Assembly (NCBI GenBank): GCA_034430495.1
Contig: DAOUEG010000048.1
Span: forward strand, 709-64,708
Direction: 5' to 3'
Source of the DNA: Dehalococcoidales bacterium
GTDB taxonomy: Bacteria; Chloroflexota; Dehalococcoidia; Dehalococcoidales; RBG-16-60-22
Length of the DNA stretch: 64,000 nucleotides
A model generated the notes under the pieces. The model worked only from the letters and a program-made list of their open reading frames with translations. It did not search any database and was not told where the DNA came from. The translations under genes and the position numbers were made by a program. The first letter of the stretch is position 1, and each line of letters opens with the position of its first letter. Shown here one piece after another: positions 43,603-52,187 of this stretch.

Positions 43603-45057
43603 ATGAACTACGAGACCGTTATCGGGCTGGAAGTCCACGCCCAGCTCCTCACGCACAGCAAGATGTTCTGCGGCTGCTCGGCGGACTATGCCAGCACGCC
43701 GCCGGATACCCACGTCTGTCCCGTCTGCCTGGGGATGCCGGGGGTGCTGCCGGTCATCAACCGGCAGGCGGTTGAGTACACCATGATGACGGCGCTGGCC
43801 CTCCACTGCACGGTGCCGGAGTACACCAAGTTCGACCGCAAGAACTACCACTACCCGGACCTCATGAAGGCGTACCAGATATCCCAGTACGACGAACCCA
43901 TCGGCCTGGGGGGCTGGCTGGAGATAGAGGCGGAGGGCGTGCGGCAGCGTATCCGCGTGACGCGGGTGCACCTCGAGGAAGACACCGCCAAGCTCTCCCA
44001 CCGGAGCGGCCTCGGCGGGGACTTCTCCCTGGTGGACGTCAACCGGGCGGGCTGCCCGCTCATGGAAATCGTCGGGGAGCCGGACCTGCGCTCGCCGGAG
44101 GAAGCCCGCCAGTACCTTATCAAGCTCCGCAGCATCTTGCAGTACCTCGGCGTGTCCACCGGCAACATGGAGGAGGGCAGCTTCCGCTGCGATGCCAACA
44201 TCAGCGTGCGGCCGGAGGGGAGCACCGAGCTCGGCGTGAAGGTCGAAATCAAGAACATGAACAGCTTCCGGGCCGTGTTCCTGGCCATGGAGTACGAGGC
44301 CACCCGGCAGCGCAAGGCCCTCGCCGAGGGCAAGCCCATCGTGCAGGAGACGCGCGGCTGGGTGGAGGCCAGCGGCAAGACGGTCTCTCAGCGCACCAAG
44401 GAGTACGCCCACGACTACCGCTACTTCCCGGAGCCGGACCTGCCGCCGATGATCATCTCCCGCGAGTGGGTCGCGGCGGTCAAGGCGCGGCTGCCGGAGC
44501 TCGCCGAGGCGCGCCGCGACCGGTTCATGGAGGGGTTCGGGCTGCCCCGCTACGATGCCGAGCAGCTCACCGTCAGCAAAGCCCTGGCGGACTACTTCGA
44601 GGCGGCGGCCGGTGCCGGCGCGGACGTCACGCCCAAGGACGTCAGCAACTGGCTGCTCGGGGAGGTGAGCCGTATCCTCAACGCCAACCAGGCGGACATC
44701 GAGGCGTTCGGGGAAAAGGTCGCGCCCGCGCGGCTGGCGGAGCTTATCGCGGCCTCCCGCGGCACCATCAACGCCGCCACGGCCAAGTCCGTCCTCGAGG
44801 AGATGTATCAGAGCGGCCAGAGCGCCGGGGACATCATCGCGGCGCGGGGCCTGAGCCAGATCAGCGACACGGCGGAGCTTGAGAAAATAGCCGCCGAAGT
44901 GATAAACTTGAATGTGCAGCCCGTGGCGGACTATCGGGCCGGGAAGGAACAGGCCCTCAAATTCCTCGTCGGGCAGGTCATGAAGGCGACCAAGGGGCGG
45001 GCCAATCCCCAGGTCGTCAACGACGTTCTCAAGCGGAAGCTGGATGAGGCCGGGTAG
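43603..45057 (+). CDS. gatB: Asp-tRNA(Asn)/Glu-tRNA(Gln) amidotransferase subunit B
   Basis: MNYETVIGLEVHAQLLTHSKMFCGC...VCPVCLGMPGVLPV...YHYPDL... is a canonical GatB. Confidence 0.95.
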   Translation: MNYETVIGLEVHAQLLTHSKMFCGCSADYASTPPDTHVCPVCLGMPGVLPVINRQAVEYTMMTALALHCTVPEYTKFDRKNYHYPDLMKAYQISQYDEPIGLGGWLEIEAEGVRQRIRVTRVHLEEDTAKLSHRSGLGGDFSLVDVNRAGCPLMEIVGEPDLRSPEEARQYLIKLRSILQYLGVSTGNMEEGSFRCDANISVRPEGSTELGVKVEIKNMNSFRAVFLAMEYEATRQRKALAEGKPIVQETRGWVEASGKTVSQRTKEYAHDYRYFPEPDLPPMIISREWVAAVKARLPELAEARRDRFMEGFGLPRYDAEQLTVSKALADYFEAAAGAGADVTPKDVSNWLLGEVSRILNANQADIEAFGEKVAPARLAELIAASRGTINAATAKSVLEEMYQSGQSAGDIIAARGLSQISDTAELEKIAAEVINLNVQPVADYRAGKEQALKFLVGQVMKATKGRANPQVVNDVLKRKLDEAG

Positions 45058-45081
45058 CCGGTACGGGGGAGAGACAACGGC

Positions 45082-45303
45082 ATGGACACCTATTTATATA
45101 TAGCGCAGATAGTGGTGGCGGTGGCCCTCATCGTCGTCTCGCTGCTCCAGGTACGGGGCGGCGGGCTCGGCGGCATCTTCGGGCAGGCGGACACGGTCTA
45201 CCGGACGAAGCGGGGCGTCGAGAAGACGATGTTCCAGCTGACCATCGTGCTGGCGGTCATCTTCGTGATCCTGGCTATCGTCTCGCTCCGGATTACCGGC
45301 TGA
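45082..45303 (+). CDS. secG: Preprotein translocase subunit SecG
   Basis: 73 aa with two TM helices. The pattern LLQVRGGGLGGIFG is typical of SecG. Confidence 0.8.
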   Translation: MDTYLYIAQIVVAVALIVVSLLQVRGGGLGGIFGQADTVYRTKRGVEKTMFQLTIVLAVIFVILAIVSLRITG

Positions 45304-45329
45304 GACCGCCCTCTGGAAAGAGTCCTCGC

Positions 45330-45361
45330 GCGGCGGGCTGCAAAGCCCGCCGCTTTCGTTT
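45330..45361 (+). terminator. Rho-independent terminator after secG
   Basis: GCGGCGGGCT-gcaa-AGCCCGCCGC stem followed by TTTCGTTT. Confidence 0.7.
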
Positions 45362-45511
45362 GGGCGGGCCGGCACCGGCCGCTTCGCGGCGACCCGCCGC
45401 CTCACGTACGGCGCCGTGACTGAAAAAGGGTTGGAAATGAACCTGTAGCTATTGACAAACGGGGGAAGGTTTGTTAACCTCCTAGGCAAGACAACCGAAG
45501 GAGGTCCGGAA

Positions 45512-45655
45512 ATGGTTCAGGCCTATTGCATGAAGGACAGAAAAAAGGTTGAAATCAAGAATCCCAGGAACGTGACACTGAAGAACGGCCGGCCGGCTGT
45601 CCAGGGCGTCTGCCCCATCTGCGGGACCAAGGTTTTCCGCATCGGGAAGGGCTAG
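45512..45655 (+). CDS. Small zinc-ribbon protein (DUF5679-like), 47 aa
   Basis: MVQAYCMKDRKKVEIKNPRNVTLKNGRPAVQGVCPICGTKVFRIGKG. A GGAGG SD lies 7 nt upstream. A TTGACA-17-TAACCT promoter candidate lies upstream. Confidence 0.6.
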   Translation: MVQAYCMKDRKKVEIKNPRNVTLKNGRPAVQGVCPICGTKVFRIGKG

Positions 45656-45805
45656 CAGGCCGGAGCTTGTCCCTGCCGGGCAACCGGCACCACGCGTGGC
45701 AAAACCGGAGTGCTGGAAACAGCCCGCCCACGGGACCCTGTGGCAGCGGGTGAGGAGAGGCGCAATCACCCGGAAAGGAAACGGCGAGCCGCGAGTGGCC
45801 ATGAC

Positions 45806-45846
45806 GGGGAGGTACGGAGTAATGACCGTGCCTCCCCTGTTTTTTT
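45806..45846 (+). terminator. Strong rho-independent terminator (plus strand)
   Basis: GGGGAGGTACGG-agtaatga-CCGTGCCTCCCC stem followed by TGTTTTTTT. It lies ~150 nt past the DUF5679 stop and abuts the convergent ybjQ stop. Confidence 0.7.
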
Positions 45847-46159
45847 ACTCCAGGACGACCGCCGTGCCGTAGGCGAGGACCTCGGCGGCGTTCTGCATGA
45901 CCATCGAGGTGCCGAAGCGGACGCAGATGACGGCGTTGGCGCCCATCTCCTCGGCCATGTCCTCCATACGCTTGAGGGCCTCCTCGCGCGCCTGGGCCAT
46001 CATCTGGACGTACTCGGTAATCTCGCCGCCGGCCATGTTGCGGAAGGCGGCCATGATGTCCTTGCCGATGTTCTTGGCCCGGATGGTGCTGCCGCGCGCC
46101 ATGCCGAGGGTGCGCTTGACCTTCTTACCTTCGACGCTTTCCGTGGTGGTGATAATCAA
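45845..46159 (-). CDS. YbjQ-family protein (UPF0145)
   Basis: The 104-aa sequence MIITTTESVEGKKV...GANAVICVRFGTSMV...AYGTAVVLE is the typical YbjQ pattern. Confidence 0.8.
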   Translation of the reverse strand: MIITTTESVEGKKVKRTLGMARGSTIRAKNIGKDIMAAFRNMAGGEITEYVQMMAQAREEALKRMEDMAEEMGANAVICVRFGTSMVMQNAAEVLAYGTAVVLE

Positions 46160-46365
46160 TGCTCCACCTCCTTGAATTCGTCCTTCTTCGTGAGACGGTC
46201 CTTGACGGCGACGCCGAGCAGAATGACCACGCCGACGCCGATGACGCCGGCGGCGATGCGGAGCAGGAGGGGGACGGCGTCAGAGACGAAGAAGCCCTTG
46301 ACCGCCCAGCCGATGAGTACGAGGACACCGATACCGATGAGGGTATACCCGATGTTCTGCCACAT
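46156..46365 (-). CDS. Small two-TM membrane protein
   Basis: 69 aa with two hydrophobic helices. 4-nt overlap with ybjQ. Confidence 0.45.
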   Translation of the reverse strand: MWQNIGYTLIGIGVLVLIGWAVKGFFVSDAVPLLLRIAAGVIGVGVVILLGVAVKDRLTKKDEFKEVEH

Positions 46366-46383
46366 GGCCCGTACCTCCGTACG

Positions 46384-47748
46384 CTAGCGTTTCCGTTTCC
46401 AGGTGGTGCCCTGGGGGGTGTCTTCCAGGACGACGCCCAGCTCCGTCAGCTTGTCGCGGATACCGTCCGCGAGCTGGAACTGCTTGGCCTTGCGGAGCTC
46501 GGCGCGGGTGGCGATGAGGAGCTCGATGAAGGGGCCGGCGTCACCGGCGCCGTCGCTTTCCGGGGCGGCGAAGGTCAGCCCGAGCACGCCGCCGAGCTCC
46601 TTGAGGGTAGTCTGGAGCGCGGTGACGTCCTCGCCGGCGTCGGCCGCCTTGTTGATGTCCCGGACGAGGTCGAAGAGGACGGCGAGGGCCTGGGGGGTGT
46701 TGAAATCATCGTCCATGGCGGCGATGAAGGCGTCCCGGCCGGTCTTCGGGTCGGTGCCGGCCGGGGCCGAACCGCCGGTACGGGTGGCGGCCTGGCGGAG
46801 CCGCTCGGCGCCCTTCTCCGCGGCGGCGAGGGCTTCCTCCGAGTAGGTGAGGGGGCTGCGGTAGTACGAGCCGAGCACGAACACCCGCAGGCCGTCCGAG
46901 GAGACGATGTCCAATGCTTCACGGATGGAGATGAGGTTGCCGAGCGACTTGCTCATCTTCTCGCCGCCCATCTGGAGGGCGCCGTTGTGCAGCCAGTACC
47001 GCACGAAGGGGGCCTTGCCGGTGTAGCTCTCCGACTGGGTAATCTCGTTCTCGTGGTGGGGGAAGACGAGGTCCTGGCCGCCGCCGTGGATATCAATCTG
47101 CTCGCCGAGGTATTTGAGGGACATGGCGGAGCACTCGATGTGCCAGCCGGGCCGTCCCGGTCCCCAGGGGCTGTCCCAGGCGGGCTCGCCGGGCTTGGCG
47201 GCCTTCCAGAGGACGAAGTCCAGCGGGTCTTCCTTCTCCTCGCCGGGCTCGGTGCCGGCCCCGGTCATCATGTCATCGAACTTGCGGCGGGACAGCTTGC
47301 CGTAGTCGCTCACCTTACGGACGCGGAAATAGACGCTGCCGGCGGCGGGGTAGGCGTAGCCCTTGTCCACCAGGCCCTGGATGACGTCCAGTATCATCGG
47401 CACCTCTTCCGTGGCGTAGGGGATGACGTCCGGCGGCGCCACGTTGAGGGCGGCCATGTCCTCGAAGTAGCGGGCGGTGTACTTCTCCGCCAGCTCCCGG
47501 ACCGGGACCTCCAGGCGGTTGGCGCGGTTGATGAGCTTGTCGTCAATGTCCGTCACGTTCTGGACGGCCTTGAGGTTGTAGCCGCGGAAGCGGAGGTAGC
47601 GGCGGATGACATCGAAGAGGATGTAGCTCATGGCGTGGCCGAGGTGGGCGTCATCGTAGGGGGTGACGCCGCAGACGTACATCGTCACCGGGTCGCCGAT
47701 GGGCGTGAACTCCTCTTTTTTCCCGGAAAGGGTGTTGAAAATCTTCAT
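46384..47748 (-). CDS. cysS: Cysteine--tRNA ligase
   Basis: YVCGVTPYDDAHLGHA (HIGH region) and KMSKSLGN. Confidence 0.95.
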   Translation of the reverse strand: MKIFNTLSGKKEEFTPIGDPVTMYVCGVTPYDDAHLGHAMSYILFDVIRRYLRFRGYNLKAVQNVTDIDDKLINRANRLEVPVRELAEKYTARYFEDMAALNVAPPDVIPYATEEVPMILDVIQGLVDKGYAYPAAGSVYFRVRKVSDYGKLSRRKFDDMMTGAGTEPGEEKEDPLDFVLWKAAKPGEPAWDSPWGPGRPGWHIECSAMSLKYLGEQIDIHGGGQDLVFPHHENEITQSESYTGKAPFVRYWLHNGALQMGGEKMSKSLGNLISIREALDIVSSDGLRVFVLGSYYRSPLTYSEEALAAAEKGAERLRQAATRTGGSAPAGTDPKTGRDAFIAAMDDDFNTPQALAVLFDLVRDINKAADAGEDVTALQTTLKELGGVLGLTFAAPESDGAGDAGPFIELLIATRAELRKAKQFQLADGIRDKLTELGVVLEDTPQGTTWKRKR

Positions 47749-47843
47749 GTCAAGCCGCCTGTCATGGTAATCGGTCGGGCGCGGGCACGGGGCCGGCCCC
47801 GTTTCATTATACCAGCCGAAGGCGCCGGAAGGAATGCCCCCGT

Positions 47844-48488
47844 TCAGAGGAGGGCGATGACGAGCGGGATACAGAACACGACGAGGGGTACGAGGTTCAT
47901 CGAACCGTAGGTGCGCATGCCGTGCCGGACGATCGGGAAGCCGTAGTAGACCGCCGTGGTGCCGGCGATAACGTCCGGCGGGTACCTCTTCAGGGGCACG
48001 CGGCCTTCCTTGGCGAAATGGGCGACGTTCTCGCGGTGGCGGTCGAGCAGCCCGGCCGCGTCCAGCCCTTCCGGGACGGACTGGTAGAGGCCGCCCTCGT
48101 TGACGGGCTTGAAGCCGCTCCCGGCGGTGATGACCAGGCCGCCGTCCTCGAAGAGGGTCTCGAAGTACCAGGTGATGGACCGCTTGGCGGGGATGACGCA
48201 GGCCAGCTCCGCGCCGGGGCCGGCAAGGACGAGCACCTTGAGGACGCGTGACCAGAGCGGGGGTTTTTCCAGCTGGAGGCCGACGGGGGTGAAGCCGAGC
48301 AGGGTGAGCGCGTCCACGGTTTCCAGGGATTTTTCGCGGGCCCCGAACCGGAGCTGGTCGCCCTCGCGGAAGGTGCCGCGGATACCGCCCGGCAGGACGT
48401 AGAGGAGGGCCCGGGGCAGGTAGCGCCAGACGCCGTAGGCGGCGATGAGCGCGCCGATGACGACGAAGATGACGTGGCCGAGGCTCAT
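47844..48488 (-). CDS. Hypothetical membrane-anchored protein
   Basis: N- and C-terminal hydrophobic helices. No recognisable family. 4-nt overlap with ispF. Confidence 0.5.
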   Translation of the reverse strand: MSLGHVIFVVIGALIAAYGVWRYLPRALLYVLPGGIRGTFREGDQLRFGAREKSLETVDALTLLGFTPVGLQLEKPPLWSRVLKVLVLAGPGAELACVIPAKRSITWYFETLFEDGGLVITAGSGFKPVNEGGLYQSVPEGLDAAGLLDRHRENVAHFAKEGRVPLKRYPPDVIAGTTAVYYGFPIVRHGMRTYGSMNLVPLVVFCIPLVIALL

Positions 48489-48961
48489 GAGCGCTCCTCG
48501 ATGACGGCCACGGCCAGCGCGGCGATGCCCTCCCCCGCGCCGAGACTGCCGAGGGTGTTATTGGTGCTGGCCTTGACGCTGACGGACTCTACGTCAATCT
48601 CCAGCGCGGCGGCGAGGTTGGCCCGCATGACGTCAATATACTCCCGCAGCCTGGGGCGCTCGGCGACGACGGTGACGTCCACGTTGGCCGGTGCGTAGCC
48701 CTTCTCGTCCAGCAGGTCCGCGACCCGTTCCAGCAGCACGAGCGAGGAAATCCCTTTCAAAGATTCGTCGCCGGGAGGGAAGTGAAGGCCGATGTCCCCG
48801 AGCGCGGCGGCGCCGAGCAGGGCGTCCATGACGGCGTGGGTGAGGACGTCGGCATCGCTCCAGCCGTCGAGGCCCTTCTCGAAGGGAACGGTAACCCCGC
48901 CCAGCACGAGCTTCCGGTCCGCCACGAGCGGGTGGATATCGTAGCCGATGCCGGCCCTCAT
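48485..48961 (-). CDS. ispF: 2-C-methyl-D-erythritol 2,4-cyclodiphosphate synthase
   Basis: MRAGIGYDIHPL...GWSDADVLTHAVMDALLGAAALGDIG. Confidence 0.9.
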   Translation of the reverse strand: MRAGIGYDIHPLVADRKLVLGGVTVPFEKGLDGWSDADVLTHAVMDALLGAAALGDIGLHFPPGDESLKGISSLVLLERVADLLDEKGYAPANVDVTVVAERPRLREYIDVMRANLAAALEIDVESVSVKASTNNTLGSLGAGEGIAALAVAVIEERS

Positions 48962-49650
48962 GAGAACTCGCCCCGCTGGCGGAGGATGTTGTGCGCCACG
49001 GTCAGGTCGTCCGGGGTGGTAATCTTGATGTTATCGTAGGCGCCCAGGTAGAGCTTGACCTTGTGGCCGAGCCGCTCCACGAGGGAGGCGTCGTCGGTGG
49101 CTTCCTCGGCGTCCTGGAGGTGGGCTATCTGGATGACATCGAACCGGAAGACCTGCGGTGTCTGGACGGCCCAGAGGTTCTGGCGGGAGAGCGTTTCCAC
49201 CACGGTGAGGTCTTCGTCCGCCCGCTTGATGGTGTCCGTGACGGGCACGGCGGCCACGGCGGCGCCGGTCTCACGGGCGGCCTCCAGGCCGCGCTTGATG
49301 ATAGCCGCGGTGACGAGGGGACGAGCGCCGTCATGGATCATGACGTAGTCGAACCGGTTGAGGCGCTTGAGGCCCTCGGCGACGGAGTCCTGGCGGCGCG
49401 GGCCGCCGATGCAGATGTGGGTGACCTTGGACCAGGCCTCCCCGCCGATGAGATGGCGGCACATCTCTTCCTTCTCCCCGGCGATGACGATGACGATCTG
49501 GCTGATGGCGTCCGATTCCTGGAAGGGCCGGGTGGCGCGGAGCAAAATGGGCTCGGCGCCGAGGGGGGAGAGCACCTTATCAACGCCGCCCATGCGGAGG
49601 CCCTGCCCGGCGGCGACGATGACGGCGGCGACGATTGGTTTGGTGGTCAT
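48958..49650 (-). CDS. ispD: 2-C-methyl-D-erythritol 4-phosphate cytidylyltransferase
   Basis: AVIVAAGQGLRMG...DKVL, VMIHDGARPLV and VPVTDTIK. Confidence 0.9.
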   Translation of the reverse strand: MTTKPIVAAVIVAAGQGLRMGGVDKVLSPLGAEPILLRATRPFQESDAISQIVIVIAGEKEEMCRHLIGGEAWSKVTHICIGGPRRQDSVAEGLKRLNRFDYVMIHDGARPLVTAAIIKRGLEAARETGAAVAAVPVTDTIKRADEDLTVVETLSRQNLWAVQTPQVFRFDVIQIAHLQDAEEATDDASLVERLGHKVKLYLGAYDNIKITTPDDLTVAHNILRQRGEFS

Positions 49651-49692
49651 TGGCTTATCTCTTGGTGAAGCAAAATGAGCTTAATAGTAAAT

Positions 49693-50589
49693 TTAGTTTT
49701 TGTTTGCATTGCTAGTTTTATAACTGGTACCTCGCATTTTCAATATCTGAGTAAGATATGGGTCCTTGATTTTGCTTTGGAGGCTTTTAAATTCAGCTCT
49801 AATTTGGCGTAGAGCTAATTTCCCTCCGCCTTCTTTCTTGATGAAGGGATATAACGTGAGCAATTTATATAACATTAAGAATACGAGCTTCCGAAAATAG
49901 CCTGACCACTCAATTAGCCCGTCTTCACTAAATTCAACTTCGGCAAAACAACCAGGTATTTCATCGTTACCATCGATTATTTTCCTTCCCATGGGAGTGT
50001 GAAGGATTGTATGAACAAACTGTGATAATTCGTTAAACAACGATTTCCATTCTTTAGTTTCTGTTTTGGTGTTTATCTCTGCCTTTTCAATAATATCTAG
50101 CAAATAGGATTCCTGTTTACGAAACCCTCCCTTGACCCAGGACTTGAAATTATGCTGGTTAGTCGTTGCGTCGTCATTACACTTATTGAATTTATAATGC
50201 TCCGCCGAAAAATATAGCCCATAGAGGAAATTTTCTAAGATGCACCTTTGTAACAATATTGCTTGCCTATAGTGTCCGCACATTGCCAAGAAAAAACTAG
50301 TCTTTAGGTCGCGCATTATTTCGTTACAAATTATCGTGAGATACTCATTTTCTGAAAGATTGAAATAGGCGGTTCCTATTACAAAGCAGGCGCATTGTAG
50401 CAATCGCCCATTTGAACATACGTGTTCTGCCAACCCTTTCTTCGTAATGAAGCTGTGACTTAGTAGTTGATATGTATAAAGCTCTCCTCCGGCAAATTCA
50501 TTGTCGTCCCTTAAGTGTCGAAAGAGATCAATGCAATTGGTTACTTGGCAATGTGCGCAAGTATCCCGCAAGTCAGTTTTTTGCTTCAT
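49693..50589 (-). CDS. Low-GC orphan protein of unknown function (298 aa)
   Basis: Long intact ORF in a segment with roughly 33-40% GC (hand count of sample stretches), against ~65% in the flanks. Its ATG overlaps the radA TGA (ATGA at 50586-50589). It has an N-terminal CAHCQVTNC motif. No confident family assignment. Confidence 0.7.
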   Translation of the reverse strand: MKQKTDLRDTCAHCQVTNCIDLFRHLRDDNEFAGGELYTYQLLSHSFITKKGLAEHVCSNGRLLQCACFVIGTAYFNLSENEYLTIICNEIMRDLKTSFFLAMCGHYRQAILLQRCILENFLYGLYFSAEHYKFNKCNDDATTNQHNFKSWVKGGFRKQESYLLDIIEKAEINTKTETKEWKSLFNELSQFVHTILHTPMGRKIIDGNDEIPGCFAEVEFSEDGLIEWSGYFRKLVFLMLYKLLTLYPFIKKEGGGKLALRQIRAEFKSLQSKIKDPYLTQILKMRGTSYKTSNANKN

Positions 50590-52001
50590 CCTTGCCCCTC
50601 CTCTTCAAATAGCGGGCTTAAATCCGGCGTCTCGTCGCCCTTTTCCACGAGGGCGGCATTGACCGCCTCGCGGAGGGTAGCGGCCTTTACCAATCGGATG
50701 CCGTCCGGGGCGGCGTACCTGGGGCCGTTCTTCGGCACGATGCAGGCGGTGAAGCCGAGCCGGGCCGCCTCCTGCAGGCGGCGCTCCATCTGGGCGGCGG
50801 CGCGGAGCTCCCCGCTCAGCCCCACCTCGCCGATGGCGGCGGTGTGGGCGGCGACCTCTTTATCACGGAAGCTGGAGGCGATGGCCAGGGCCGTGCCGAG
50901 GTCGGCGGCGGGCTCGCCCACCTTGAGGCCGCCGGTGACGTTGACGAGGATGTCCTGGTTGCCGAGTTTTGTCCCCACCCGCTTGGTGAGGACGGCGGTA
51001 ATGAGCAGCAGGCGGTTGTAGTCCACGCCGTTGGCGGTGCGGCGGGGCATGCCGAAGGCGGTCGTGGTGGTGAGGGCCTGTATTTCTACGAGTAACGGGC
51101 GGGAGCCCTCGATGGTGGGAACGACGGCGGAGCCGACGGCGGCGGCGCCGCGCTGGGAGAGGAAGGCCTTGGAGGGATTGGCGACCTCCTCGAGGCCCTT
51201 TTCCTTCATCTCGAAGACGCCTATCTCATTGGTCGAGCCGAAGCGGTTCTTGACGCAGCGGAGCAAACGGTAGGCGGAGAACGGCTCTCCTTCCAGGTAG
51301 AGCACCACGTCCACGATGTGCTCCAGCACGCGCGGCCCGGCGATGGCGCCCTCCTTGGTGACGTGGCCGGTGATGAAGACCGAGACGGCCTGCCGCTTGG
51401 CCCACTGCATGAGGCGCATGGTGCACTCCCGCACCTGGGTGATGCTGCCGGGGACGGACTCCACGGAGGGGAGGTAGACGGTCTGGATGGAGTCCACGAC
51501 GAGCAGGGAGGGGGCCATCTGCTCCACGTGCTCCAGGACGGCCTCCAGGTCCGTCTCCGCCATGATGAAGAGGCCCTTGCCGCCGAGGCCGAGGCGCTCC
51601 GCCCTTAGTTTGATCTGGTGGGCGGTCTCCTCACCGGTGACGTAGACGACGGATTTTTGCGATGAAGCAAGCGAAGCTGAAGCCTGCAGCAGCAACGTGG
51701 ACTTGCCGATGCCGGGGTCGCCGGAGATGAGGGTGAGCGAGCCGGCCACGAGGCCGCCGCCGAGGACGCGGTCGAACTCCCCGATGGCGAGCGGGAAGCG
51801 GTCGGCGGTCTCGATGGAGACCTCGGAGAGCTCCTGCGGCGGTGATATGGGCATGACGGGGCGGGCGGGCGCGGCCATCGCGGAGGCCCTGATTTCTACC
51901 ATGGTGTTCCACTGTCCGCAGTCCGAGCAGCGGCCGAGCCACTTGGAAGACTCCTTGCCGCACTCCTGGCACACGTAGACGATTTTATCCGCCTTGCTCA
52001 C
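50586..52001 (-). CDS. radA: DNA repair protein RadA/Sms
   Basis: Zinc finger YVCQECGKESSKWLGRCSDCGQWN, Walker A GDPGIGKST, the KNRFG motif, and a Lon-like C-terminal domain. Confidence 0.95.
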   Translation of the reverse strand: MSKADKIVYVCQECGKESSKWLGRCSDCGQWNTMVEIRASAMAAPARPVMPISPPQELSEVSIETADRFPLAIGEFDRVLGGGLVAGSLTLISGDPGIGKSTLLLQASASLASSQKSVVYVTGEETAHQIKLRAERLGLGGKGLFIMAETDLEAVLEHVEQMAPSLLVVDSIQTVYLPSVESVPGSITQVRECTMRLMQWAKRQAVSVFITGHVTKEGAIAGPRVLEHIVDVVLYLEGEPFSAYRLLRCVKNRFGSTNEIGVFEMKEKGLEEVANPSKAFLSQRGAAAVGSAVVPTIEGSRPLLVEIQALTTTTAFGMPRRTANGVDYNRLLLITAVLTKRVGTKLGNQDILVNVTGGLKVGEPAADLGTALAIASSFRDKEVAAHTAAIGEVGLSGELRAAAQMERRLQEAARLGFTACIVPKNGPRYAAPDGIRLVKAATLREAVNAALVEKGDETPDLSPLFEEEGQG

Positions 52002-52187
52002 GGTTTGACTTTAGCGGATTTGGCCGGGATTGGCAAGGCGATTTTGTCGCGGTTTGGCGACTGTTTCAAAGCTGAAACGAGCGTGGAAAACGAATTGCCG
52101 AACGAGACAAATATCGTATTCCCGTATCTCCGCCGGCGGTAGTATAATAGTGTCACTGAAAACAAGCAGGCACGGGAGGCGGCGGCA

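Noticed and set aside
45755-45800. SRP (4.5S) RNA domain IV-like string CACCCGGAAAGGAAACGGCG.
   Set aside because: It only loosely resembles the invariant GUCCGGAAGGAAGCAGCC. The conserved AGCA/GGAA loop nucleotides and the pairing partners are not reproduced.
47749-47843. T-box leader upstream of cysS.
   Set aside because: The spacer is only ~95 nt and holds a TATAAT-like box and one short GGGGCC/GGCCCC hairpin. No specifier loop, T-box sequence or terminator/antiterminator pair is present.
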